From positions 62,670 to 126,669 of IMG/VR virus record IMGVR_UViG_3300042890_006166: a stretch of DNA of 64,000 nt. One strand, 5' to 3'. The notes under the pieces are model-generated. The model did not search any database, was not told the DNA's origin, and was given only the letters and a program-made list of their open reading frames with translations. A program made the translations under genes and the position numbers. Position 1 is the first letter of the stretch. The number at the start of each line of letters is the position of its first letter. Positions 1 through 8,419 of the stretch are shown piece by piece. The stretch is from a virus.

Positions 1-2
1 AA

Positions 3-140
3 AGATTAGAAGCAGACGCGGCTAAAATTGGTATGAGCGATGCTCAGCTTAAAAGAGAAATTAGAGACTTGAAAACAAAGCATACCGACAAAATAGGTGA
101 CGTCAGAACGAAAATAACAATAGCCAGAAGATATGACTAA
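3..140 (+). CDS. C-terminal fragment of a hypothetical helical protein (5'-truncated by window edge)
   Basis: Open frame from base 3 (RLEADAAKIGMSDAQLKREIRDLK...ARRYD) to TAA at 138-140, overlapping the next ATG at 133. Confidence 0.7.
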   Translation, partial: RLEADAAKIGMSDAQLKREIRDLKTKHTDKIGDVRTKITIARRYD

Positions 141-402
141 AATTATTTTAAATCTTGGGGATTTCCCTTTGAACGAGGATGTTAATTCAGATTTAGTAAA
201 TGCTAAGAAGGCGGTGAATGATCAATTGCAAGCCATTAGGGACGAAATCCAAAATGAAAAGAATCAATCAGAGGTAGCTCAAAAAACTGCCAGTTTAAAA
301 AAACAAGCGACTCTATATGCTGCATTACCTGCTATGCTGAATAAACTGGCAACATCAATGGAAGCTAAAGAAAAATCTGGAGATAAAACAAACATATACT
401 AA
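133..402 (+). CDS. hypothetical coiled-coil protein, putative internal head protein
   Basis: 89-aa ORF with an N-terminal 'LGDFPLNE' motif followed by a heptad-rich helix; tightly packed operon. Confidence 0.7.
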   Translation: MTKIILNLGDFPLNEDVNSDLVNAKKAVNDQLQAIRDEIQNEKNQSEVAQKTASLKKQATLYAALPAMLNKLATSMEAKEKSGDKTNIY

Positions 403-404
403 AG

Positions 405-2864
405 ATGAGAAATTATTTCACTCACAACCCTGCTGCAAAATCTATTATTACAGATTTTATGAAGCTTAATGAAAATGCCTCGGTGGACAATCTTCTTAAA
501 AGAGCAACAGAGATTTGCTTAGATACATTCAAAAAAATTGTTTTTGATCTTGCCTCTCAAGAAAATCGCAACCCTGATGTTTTAAGATCCATGTTGTTGG
601 ATATTGCATCCGCCAAAACTGTCAAAAGCTTAGTTGCCAAAATCAAAGATTATGCAGGGGAGTCTGAATTGGCAGATTCTAGATTTTCTAAGGTTAAAAA
701 TATGTATATGAATGCCTTAAATTCTATGGGTGATGCATTGAAAAGATTGGTTGAAATTGATTCTAAATTAGAGGATTCTATTATTGATTCTTACAAAACT
801 TCAGCTAATCGATTAATTTCCTCTTTGGATTCTATTGCATTAAGTTTTTCAAAAAAGAAAGCGACTAATGAATCTTCAAGTTTTGATTTTAATTCAAATT
901 CTTTGAACGAGTCTCTCGTAGGGTTTAGCGGTAGAATCGAAAAACTAAGAAAAAAACTTGTTAATTTGATTTCTGATTCCAAAGGAAAGGATGCAAAAAA
1001 TGGATATGGGAGAGACTGGCAAAGACTGTTTTCTTCACTGGAACAAAAATTAGAAGCCATTGAAGACTCCAAAGATTTAACTGGCGAGAAAGACAGAAAA
1101 ACTTTGTCTGAACTAGAAAAACAAACAGATTCTCTTTCCGAAGAATATTACAATTACAAGATTAGAACTGCAGAGATGAGTATGAAAAAGATCATTGATG
1201 ACGATGAACTTGTGACAAAATATTCAGATGTGAATCAAATTATTACCGATGCTTTGGACATTATAGCAAAAGCAAATGGTCAAGAGTTATTGATAGATAA
1301 AACTATCAGGGAAGAAATGGATGAGATGGAGCAGAAGGTGATTCAAAAAATTTTCCCGATAAAAATTGGAGCAAAGGACACAGACCTGAAATTTAAAAAG
1401 TCTGGTATTATCACTGCTGTACAGAAATCTTTAATGTCATCTTTCCCCTCTTTTAAAACTTTCTTACAAAAACATGGAGGGGCGGATGGTAAATACGGTA
1501 AAGCAACATCAATTGCAATCAAGTCTATCCAATCTTTACTTGGAAATAAAAACGCAAATGGTGAATTGGATAAACCCCTTTTCGATTCTCTCCTGAAAAT
1601 GGAGCAAATCTCCGGCGAAAACAAAAAAATGTTAACAAATGCTTTGGGTGTTTTGAAAAAAACATATGCTATGTCAGAATCCAAGGTTTTAGGAATAGAG
1701 AATTTCTCAAAATTATTTGAAGCCATTTTTATCGATGATGATGATCTAGAAAGAGAAATCCAAAAAAATTCAGCAGATTTGGCTAATATGCCCGAAAATA
1801 GTTCTGCAAAAGATAAAGAAGAGAAAACATCAGAAGATTCTAAATTAGCAAAAAAATTATCAAAGCTGTTAAGAAACGGTTACAACAAAAATGCAGAAGA
1901 GGAGGATTTTTTGAAAGAAGATGGAACACTTAAGAGTTCTTATCCGAATGAATTCGTGAGTGCGTGGATTAGTACACTAGAAGAAAACTCTAGCTCATCT
2001 GATAAACCTGGCTTCTTTTGGTTCCAAGAGCCTGATGAAAAAACGGGTGCTCTTTATTCAACTAAAAGATTGGCAGGTAATTACAAAAAACCATATAATT
2101 GGGAAAAATGGAAGGAATTTTCAGGAGGGGAAACTTCACAAGAAAAAGATTCTTTCGCAAGATGGTACACGAGCTACTACACAGGGTTTGGTGGTTTAGA
2201 AGACATTCAAAAAGAAAAGGTAATTAAAGAACTACTTGACTTCTATTCAAATCCAAAAAACTCCTCTATGGTTAATCCAAAATTGGCTGATTCTTTCAAC
2301 GATTGTGCTAGTTTTTATGATGACATAAAAGATGCAATTAAGGCAGGTAAATCTTCACCGGATTCAGATTCATATGAATACTTTAAACAGGGATATTTGA
2401 CTTCTGAAGCCATGGCAAAAATCTTAGAGGCTGCTTCAACTGCTGCACAAATAGATGATGAAGAGCCAGATTTAGGATTCTATGATTTTTTGATGCTTTC
2501 GATCTGTGTATTCCTTTGTGGATCTTCCATAGCTTGGAATTCTGAAAAGAAAAAATGGGATTCAGCTTTGAATATTTTGAAGAATAAGGTATTGACAGAG
2601 GGTGTTTTAAAGAAAATCTCGGATGTTAAAGTGGTAGAAAATGATCCCAAATCGCCAATCCCATCATTGAATAAACAAGGAATAGAGATATTGACTAAGG
2701 GATATGATGGTAACTCCAAAAAAATCTTCAAAGAAAATTTAGAAAGAGCCTCTAAAGTTCTTGTTCCTTTAGTCGAAAGACATGCAGATAGAATGAATTA
2801 CAAGAAGAAGGAAGACATTAAAACATTCGACTCTAAGAATGTGTTTGTGGTTAATTTAGATTGA
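405..2864 (+). CDS. large putative internal head/ejected protein with a peptidoglycan-binding-like domain
   Basis: 819-aa Lys/Glu-rich ORF; several [LT]NE motifs; 'AVQKSL...ADGKYGKATSIAIKSIQSLLG...NGELD' matches the PG_binding_1 pattern. Confidence 0.7.
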   Translation: MRNYFTHNPAAKSIITDFMKLNENASVDNLLKRATEICLDTFKKIVFDLASQENRNPDVLRSMLLDIASAKTVKSLVAKIKDYAGESELADSRFSKVKNMYMNALNSMGDALKRLVEIDSKLEDSIIDSYKTSANRLISSLDSIALSFSKKKATNESSSFDFNSNSLNESLVGFSGRIEKLRKKLVNLISDSKGKDAKNGYGRDWQRLFSSLEQKLEAIEDSKDLTGEKDRKTLSELEKQTDSLSEEYYNYKIRTAEMSMKKIIDDDELVTKYSDVNQIITDALDIIAKANGQELLIDKTIREEMDEMEQKVIQKIFPIKIGAKDTDLKFKKSGIITAVQKSLMSSFPSFKTFLQKHGGADGKYGKATSIAIKSIQSLLGNKNANGELDKPLFDSLLKMEQISGENKKMLTNALGVLKKTYAMSESKVLGIENFSKLFEAIFIDDDDLEREIQKNSADLANMPENSSAKDKEEKTSEDSKLAKKLSKLLRNGYNKNAEEEDFLKEDGTLKSSYPNEFVSAWISTLEENSSSSDKPGFFWFQEPDEKTGALYSTKRLAGNYKKPYNWEKWKEFSGGETSQEKDSFARWYTSYYTGFGGLEDIQKEKVIKELLDFYSNPKNSSMVNPKLADSFNDCASFYDDIKDAIKAGKSSPDSDSYEYFKQGYLTSEAMAKILEAASTAAQIDDEEPDLGFYDFLMLSICVFLCGSSIAWNSEKKKWDSALNILKNKVLTEGVLKKISDVKVVENDPKSPIPSLNKQGIEILTKGYDGNSKKIFKENLERASKVLVPLVERHADRMNYKKKEDIKTFDSKNVFVVNLD

Positions 2865-2906
2865 TGTTAAAAATTTGATGTTTCATTCTTATTTTTAGCC
2901 CCAATC

Positions 2907-3263
2907 ATGAATAAAATACTTTTTCTCATTCTACTTACTTTTGTTTCTTGCCGGAAAGAATTGGATATAAAACCAATTGATCCAAAATATTCGAAAGATT
3001 TAGTAAACCAAGAGATAATTCAACCAGCTTTAGATCAAGCAAAAATTCTAAGCAGAGATTCTCTTTTTTATCCCTTAAATTCAAGTTTGGCCGTTTTTCA
3101 TAGTCAATTCCCAAATGAATTCAGAAAATTCGAAAGTTTACGAGGGGATAAAGAAAGAGCCAATTTTTTGAAAAGGAATCATAAGTTCAGAAAAATTTGG
3201 AAGAAACTAGGTAATAATGAAAAGAAATTGAATTCAATTAATTCTATAAAAACTTATCAATAA
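2907..3263 (+). CDS. predicted lipoprotein
   Basis: MNKILFLILLTFVSC: basic n-region, hydrophobic h-region, lipobox Cys15, then RKELD. Confidence 0.7.
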   Translation: MNKILFLILLTFVSCRKELDIKPIDPKYSKDLVNQEIIQPALDQAKILSRDSLFYPLNSSLAVFHSQFPNEFRKFESLRGDKERANFLKRNHKFRKIWKKLGNNEKKLNSINSIKTYQ

Positions 3264-3345
3264 ATTTATAGAAATAAGATTATATCAATTGAATACACCA
3301 TCAGTTTTACAATCTATTCTAAAGTGTGAATTTTTTTCGAAACAT

Positions 3346-3353
3346 TATCTTTG
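3346..3353 (+). promoter_or_regulatory. Bacteroidota sigma70-type -7 promoter box (TAnnTTTG)
   Basis: TATCTTTG in the 108-nt intergenic gap, 18 nt upstream of the kinase ATG; GTG (near-match to the -33 TTG) lies 19 nt upstream of the box. Confidence 0.55.
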
Positions 3354-3371
3354 TGTTTTAATTAAATTCAC

Positions 3372-3908
3372 ATGATCACAATTTTTGAAGGAGCAAGAAA
3401 TTCTGGTAAAACTTTTCTGGCGAACAAATACTCCCAGCAAACGGGAATGCAAATTTACAAATTTGAATTTGCTGGATGGTTTTCTGGATTGATGATTCCA
3501 GACGAAGATCCAAAGACACATTATTTTGCATTAGGAAAAGAGGCCATGCTACTTCAGCTCAATAGAGATGGACTCCTGCCTCATTTTATCTTGGATCGGG
3601 GATTTCTCACTGTTTTAACCTGGGGGATTATCAGCAAAAGAATCACTCAGCAGGAAGCTTCACAACAACTTAATCTTTTGAGGGATAAAGGACTTTTGGT
3701 AAACCTAAAGATAGTTCTAGTTGAAGGCACAAACCCAGAATCCAGAACTAAAGACCAATGGGATTTTCGAGAGGGGTCTGCAGAGGAAAAAGAAACTCTT
3801 TTAAATATAATTTCTGCTGTTCAATTTCTTCAGCCTGATTTAGAAGTTGTGAAACTTACTAATGACTTTACCCATATGACCACAAAGAATTTAATTCATT
3901 TGATTTAA
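3372..3908 (+). CDS. thymidylate-kinase-like (d)NMP kinase
   Basis: N-terminal P-loop 'IFEGARNSGKT' and 'ILDRG' motif typical of the dTMP kinase family. Confidence 0.75.
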   Translation: MITIFEGARNSGKTFLANKYSQQTGMQIYKFEFAGWFSGLMIPDEDPKTHYFALGKEAMLLQLNRDGLLPHFILDRGFLTVLTWGIISKRITQQEASQQLNLLRDKGLLVNLKIVLVEGTNPESRTKDQWDFREGSAEEKETLLNIISAVQFLQPDLEVVKLTNDFTHMTTKNLIHLI

Positions 3909-3909
3909 T

Positions 3910-5346
3910 ATGTGTGGTATTTTTATTAATATAGACGGGGAAACCTCGAGATTAAATTCTATGTCACATAGAGGTATAGAATCAAATACGATTGAAAGAG
4001 ATGGAGTTTTTTTATCCCACACTAGACTTCCAATCCAAACAGAAGAAGGGGATGGGTGGAAACAACCAATTGAAATTTCACCAGGGATTTTCTTGCTTTA
4101 CAATGGTGAGATCTTTAACTATGACACCACAGTCTTTGGTTCAGACATAGAATATCTTTGTCAAACATTTGCCCCTTGGAAGGGAGGATCTTTCCAAATG
4201 TTTTGTTCTTTGTTCGTTCCTAGAATTCAAACCTGGGATGGATTTTGGGCGATAGCTATCTATGATTCCAAATCTAAAGACATTATTTGTTTTACCGATC
4301 CGCTTGGGAAAAAATGTTTATACACCAACGATGATGGCGAGCTAGCTTCCGAAATAAAGGCGGTTCAACATTGGTTTAGCCCTCAAGATTCACATTTCAT
4401 TTCGACAGTTAGAAAATTTGGATATGTAACCGACGATTCAACCCCCTACAGAGACGTTAAAAGAATTTTACCCAACACGATTTATTATTACAATTTGGAA
4501 GTTCCCGGTTTTAAATCTACTTACTCTAATTATTATAGAGGATTTAACTTCCCAATTGAAAATCTAACACCCGGAGATTATGAAGCTCACATGGAGTGGC
4601 TGTGGGCAAAACTTTTTGAATCTGTTCAAAACAGATTAATTTCTAAAAATTATCCTATTTCACTACTTGTTTCTGGTGGTTTAGATTCATCTATCATTGC
4701 TGGGATCTTATCACAAATGTCTCCAGAGGTAAAATGGTTTTCTATAGAAAATGGAGAATCCAAGTTTGTTAAAATCCTGTCTGAATTTTACCAAAAGGAT
4801 GTTAATTTTTTGGAGTACAACATGGATGAGTCTAAAATTAAAAAAATCTATCAAAAATGGAATGAAAGCCCTATTGATTTGGGTTCAGTAGTACCTCAAT
4901 TTTTTCTCTTTGAATCGGTTAAAAATCAAGGAAATTCTAGAATTGTTTTAAGTGGAGACGGAGCAGATGAACTTTTCGGAGGTTATTCAAGAATTCACGA
5001 GTATGATTCCCAGTTTTCTGATATATTCGATGAATTGAGATTTTACCACCTTCCCAGATTGGACAAGCTTTCAATGGCACACACATTGGAACTTAGAAAT
5101 CCTTTTTTACACCTTGACATAGTTCGATTTGCTTTACATCTACCAAGAGAATGGAGAACAGATAAAAAAATTCTGAAAGATACATTTGGGCCTCTACTTC
5201 CCTCTGAAATTGTGGATCGTCCTAAAGAGGCTTTGAAAAATCCAAAAATCAAAGAGAACAAATTGAAGTATCGTCAACAGGCAGTTGACCTTTTTCTTGA
5301 AGTTGAACAAACCGAATCATTTTCAAAAGTAGAAGTAGATATATAG
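3910..5346 (+). CDS. asnB: asparagine synthetase B-like glutamine amidotransferase (Ntn GATase + PP-loop synthetase)
   Basis: MCGI N-terminal nucleophile, HRG, YNGEIFNY, SGGLDSS PP-loop, SGDGADELFGGY and DKLSMAH..E.R.PFL motifs. Confidence 0.9.
   Translation: MCGIFINIDGETSRLNSMSHRGIESNTIERDGVFLSHTRLPIQTEEGDGWKQPIEISPGIFLLYNGEIFNYDTTVFGSDIEYLCQTFAPWKGGSFQMFCSLFVPRIQTWDGFWAIAIYDSKSKDIICFTDPLGKKCLYTNDDGELASEIKAVQHWFSPQDSHFISTVRKFGYVTDDSTPYRDVKRILPNTIYYYNLEVPGFKSTYSNYYRGFNFPIENLTPGDYEAHMEWLWAKLFESVQNRLISKNYPISLLVSGGLDSSIIAGILSQMSPEVKWFSIENGESKFVKILSEFYQKDVNFLEYNMDESKIKKIYQKWNESPIDLGSVVPQFFLFESVKNQGNSRIVLSGDGADELFGGYSRIHEYDSQFSDIFDELRFYHLPRLDKLSMAHTLELRNPFLHLDIVRFALHLPREWRTDKKILKDTFGPLLPSEIVDRPKEALKNPKIKENKLKYRQQAVDLFLEVEQTESFSKVEVDI
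5338..5345 (+). promoter_or_regulatory. putative phage late promoter GATATATA
   Basis: Exact copy of a motif found 17-27 nt upstream of seven starts in this window; here 17 nt before the GTG at 5363. Confidence 0.6.
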
Positions 5347-5362
5347 AAAAAAAGTCTACCTA

Positions 5363-6085
5363 GTGAAAATTCAAAAAGTTCAAAATTTCGACGAATTTAC
5401 TTCCAAAAAAATAAACGAAGCAAACGATTCATTTTTTTCCTTCGATTTTTTAGGAAATCTATTTACAAAAGGATTTGATGCTTTCACCGATGTACTGAAA
5501 GGAAAGGTTACTGCCCATATTTTTGAATATTTGGGGATTGGAGAGGGATCAATTCTTTCCAAATTGGTACAAAACTTTGTTGAAACTATCCCAGTAAAAG
5601 ATTATTATGCCATTTTATTCAAAGGTAAAATTAGTGCTCCATATTTGGCTCCTAAAGCAGCACAAGCAACAATTGAATTTTTAATAGAAATGGGGCCAGA
5701 TGGAATAGCAAAAAATTTAGGAATTACCGATACCAACGGATATTTATACCGAACAATTTCGGAGATGCTCACCAACGAAGTTACAAAAAAAGATTTCTCA
5801 AAAAAATTAGAAAATTTCTATCTTTCTATGTTTGGTGGATTACCAGAAACTTCTGCAGAAGATTTTAAGAAATCGCTTAATCCCCAGGAAAAAACGAAAA
5901 TAGAAAATGAATTGGCTGCAAAAGCCAAAGAAAAAGGCATTCCCACAGAAAACCCTAAAGAAAAAAACACAATGTTGGACAACTTCTTTTCTAATTTAGG
6001 ATCAATGAACCAGGCAAACCCAACCCAAATCGGTAACACATCAGGGGAGGATTTATTCACGACCCTTCTTCAACCAAAAAAATAA
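5363..6085 (+). CDS. hypothetical protein, putative internal head protein
   Basis: GTG start; N-terminus 'KVQNFDEFTSKKINE' resembles T4 capsid-targeting/cleavage leaders. Confidence 0.7.
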   Translation: MKIQKVQNFDEFTSKKINEANDSFFSFDFLGNLFTKGFDAFTDVLKGKVTAHIFEYLGIGEGSILSKLVQNFVETIPVKDYYAILFKGKISAPYLAPKAAQATIEFLIEMGPDGIAKNLGITDTNGYLYRTISEMLTNEVTKKDFSKKLENFYLSMFGGLPETSAEDFKKSLNPQEKTKIENELAAKAKEKGIPTENPKEKNTMLDNFFSNLGSMNQANPTQIGNTSGEDLFTTLLQPKK

Positions 6086-6094
6086 AATCAAATC

Positions 6095-6436
6095 ATGAAT
6101 ATAAATGATGTATCAAAAAGAGAAATTTTAGATTTTAAAGATTTTCTGGGTAAGGTTATGGACAATACGTTCAAACCGTTAGCCGCAGAAAATCAAAAAG
6201 ATTCTTACGATAGAACAGGATTTCACAAGATCAAAAGAGAACCTGCCTATGACTTTGTGGGTTATGCCGATGCCGTCTTTTCTCCAGATAAAGCTGGTAT
6301 TGGATTGCCTGGTTACAACGCTGGTAAAGACAGGCAGTACATCAACGCCATTGGTGGTCCAGGTTTAACCCCAACAACAACCAACGAATCTGAGGCAATT
6401 GATTACACCAAAATCAAAAGACTAGAGGATTTCTAA
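6095..6436 (+). CDS. hypothetical protein, putative internal head protein
   Basis: 113-aa ORF with 'ILDFKDFL' near the N-terminus and 'TNESEA...IKRLEDF' at the C-terminus; followed by a terminator. Confidence 0.7.
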   Translation: MNINDVSKREILDFKDFLGKVMDNTFKPLAAENQKDSYDRTGFHKIKREPAYDFVGYADAVFSPDKAGIGLPGYNAGKDRQYINAIGGPGLTPTTTNESEAIDYTKIKRLEDF

Positions 6437-6454
6437 AGATTTTGTTTTTAATAG

Positions 6455-6486
6455 AAGGACGGGTTTGAAACTCGTCCTTTTTTTTT
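6455..6486 (+). terminator. Rho-independent terminator
   Basis: AAGGACGGGTT-TGA-AACTCGTCCTT stem (11 bp, one G-U) running into a T-tract, 18 nt after the stop at 6436. Confidence 0.85.
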
Positions 6487-6497
6487 GGTATAAGAAT

Positions 6498-6505
6498 TAA
6501 ATTTG
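6498..6505 (+). promoter_or_regulatory. possible Bacteroidota -7 box (TAAATTTG), near-leaderless start
   Basis: Matches TAnnTTTG just after the terminator and 4 nt before the ATG at 6510; no good -33 box. Confidence 0.35.
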
Positions 6506-6509
6506 TCGT

Positions 6510-7181
6510 ATGTCCAAAATTCGTTTGGTTCACATTTTAACCGAAATAGATACACCTAGGGAAATAGCTTCCATTGCTTCTTTGTCTCCCCTTGGAAATA
6601 TGGGATTAGAATATGCTCAACAAGTAAACCAAAGATATACTGGAGATGACTGGAAATTAACTAAAGCTTTGTGTCAGAATGAATTTACCAATCATGGCCC
6701 TGGACACTATGGAGCTTTCCAATCGTTCAAGAAGGCAATGTTGGAAAATTTTGATGATGATCTAGATGCCTTGATCCTGTGTGAGTGTGATTGTGTACTA
6801 GAAGTAACCCCGGAAGATTTCATGAAGACAGTATATAGGGCTATTGAATTTTGTAACAAACACGAGATACGTTATTTTTCCCTTGGCTCTAGATTTGTGA
6901 ATGGATTTTTACAGTCCCCAGTCTCTGAAACAGACCCAGATTTTCCTGAATTTTATACAACACCAAAAATTATTTTGGCCCATTGTGTTATCTTACACCG
7001 TTCTGGTAGAGAATTTTATTTGAACCGTTTAGGAGAGAATAATTGGGATTCTCCGGATTTGTGGTTCAATGAAATAAATTGGCTACACGGTAACAATAAA
7101 TTCGGTATCTCTTGGGAAAGATCTGCATTCCAACACGAGGGTCATTCTTTAATTGATGACTGCTGGAAAAATTCACAGTAA
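6510..7181 (+). CDS. glycosyltransferase, GT-A fold, GT25-like
   Basis: 'GHYGAFQSFKKAM...LILCECDC' corresponds to the GT25 'GC..SH...W...ILEDD' segment; 'AHCVILHRSG' corresponds to 'THAY.I...GA'. Confidence 0.6.
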   Translation: MSKIRLVHILTEIDTPREIASIASLSPLGNMGLEYAQQVNQRYTGDDWKLTKALCQNEFTNHGPGHYGAFQSFKKAMLENFDDDLDALILCECDCVLEVTPEDFMKTVYRAIEFCNKHEIRYFSLGSRFVNGFLQSPVSETDPDFPEFYTTPKIILAHCVILHRSGREFYLNRLGENNWDSPDLWFNEINWLHGNNKFGISWERSAFQHEGHSLIDDCWKNSQ

Positions 7182-7883
7182 AGCCACTTGACTTTCTAAA
7201 TCTTTAATGAAAAGTTCTTTGGCGATCTTTAAAATGTTAGATTCCTCATTGAAGTCTTCTTGAATTTCAATAACCGTGACTTTTGAATTTGGTGCTTGGA
7301 CTCCAACAGTAACCAAAATTTCATTTACAAGATGATCATAGGATATTGAAAAAAAATTGTTAGAAATTCTAACTCTTTTCATCATAATTCCAAAGGAAGA
7401 AGCATTAGAATATCTGGACCACCAGTATGAATAAATTTCATCAGTGGCAAGATTTCTAACCAATAAAATACCTAAATCTGAATTTTTCTTGTCTGGAGTC
7501 AGATTGTAAACCGAAATTCTTTTTTCTAACTTTTTCCAAATGTTTGTTCCCAGCTCGGCGTACTTATACAAACAATCCAAAGATAAATCAACAATTTCCC
7601 GAAGTTCTTCTTTTTCTTCTTCTGTAAATTTTGAATCTATGAATTTTTCAAAAATCTGAATTTCTTCCTGATCCATTTTTTGAAGATCTAATTTTTCGTT
7701 TGCCAAAATTTTTTCAGACAATTTTAAACCTTTAATAGAAGAAAAAATTTGTTGAATGGGATGATAAATGTTGTCCCTTCGAATTTCTTCATTTACTTCT
7801 TGTAGAAAGTCTAACAAAATGTACTGTTTGTGTTCGGTATCTATTGGTAACTGTAGAAACCAGGTGGACTCGAGATTTTTCAT
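7173..7883 (-). CDS. hypothetical protein
   Basis: 236-aa ORF, convergent with the glycosyltransferase gene (9-nt overlap), preceded on its own strand by GAATATATA. Confidence 0.75.
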   Translation of the reverse strand: MKNLESTWFLQLPIDTEHKQYILLDFLQEVNEEIRRDNIYHPIQQIFSSIKGLKLSEKILANEKLDLQKMDQEEIQIFEKFIDSKFTEEEKEELREIVDLSLDCLYKYAELGTNIWKKLEKRISVYNLTPDKKNSDLGILLVRNLATDEIYSYWWSRYSNASSFGIMMKRVRISNNFFSISYDHLVNEILVTVGVQAPNSKVTVIEIQEDFNEESNILKIAKELFIKDLESQVALL

Positions 7884-7914
7884 GACCGTTGGTTTAAATT
7901 TTTGAAATTCATCA

Positions 7915-7923
7915 TATATATTC
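7915..7923 (-). promoter_or_regulatory. putative late promoter variant GAATATATA (minus strand)
   Basis: + strand TATATATTC, 31 nt upstream of the minus-strand ATG at 7883; same variant as at 50039. Confidence 0.4.
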
Positions 7924-7957
7924 TTGAGTCAGCCCTAAAAAGGAAAATGGAGTTGAC

Positions 7958-7965
7958 GATATATA
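7958..7965 (+). promoter_or_regulatory. putative phage late promoter GATATATA
   Basis: Exact motif 19 nt before the ATG at 7985. Confidence 0.6.
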
Positions 7966-7984
7966 AACAAAGTAATTGTCATAC

Positions 7985-8419
7985 ATGAGAATTCAAGATT
8001 TTGGTTCATATTCAGTTCAAAAGAAAAAAAGGTTCACCTCGGAGCACACTTTCACAGCATCTTTGGATTATGTTGATGTCAAATTGACCAACCGCCCTCC
8101 TGAATTGTCGGATGTAGACGATTTAAAATGTGAGATTGAATATGAGATTTCGATTGAAAGACAAAAACAAGGAGTTCAGGATATATCATTCAAAATAAAC
8201 CAAATTGAATTGGAGGTTAAAGTGGACGACCATCCGGATGATCCGAAAGAGTTTGAATTTGAAATTGTTCCTGGGGAAAATATTGATTCCAATCTGGTAG
8301 TTATACGCAAGGGAGAATCTTTAATTCCAACCGATCCCACCTTTTTACACATCGATATGAAAAAGTCAGCTAAAGTAGCGGATTTCAAAGTTACAGTCTT
8401 GTTTGGAAAAAATGAATAA
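7985..8419 (+). CDS. hypothetical protein
   Basis: Acidic beta-rich ORF; ATG 7985 preferred over TTG 7976 from promoter spacing. Confidence 0.7.
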   Translation: MRIQDFGSYSVQKKKRFTSEHTFTASLDYVDVKLTNRPPELSDVDDLKCEIEYEISIERQKQGVQDISFKINQIELEVKVDDHPDDPKEFEFEIVPGENIDSNLVVIRKGESLIPTDPTFLHIDMKKSAKVADFKVTVLFGKNE

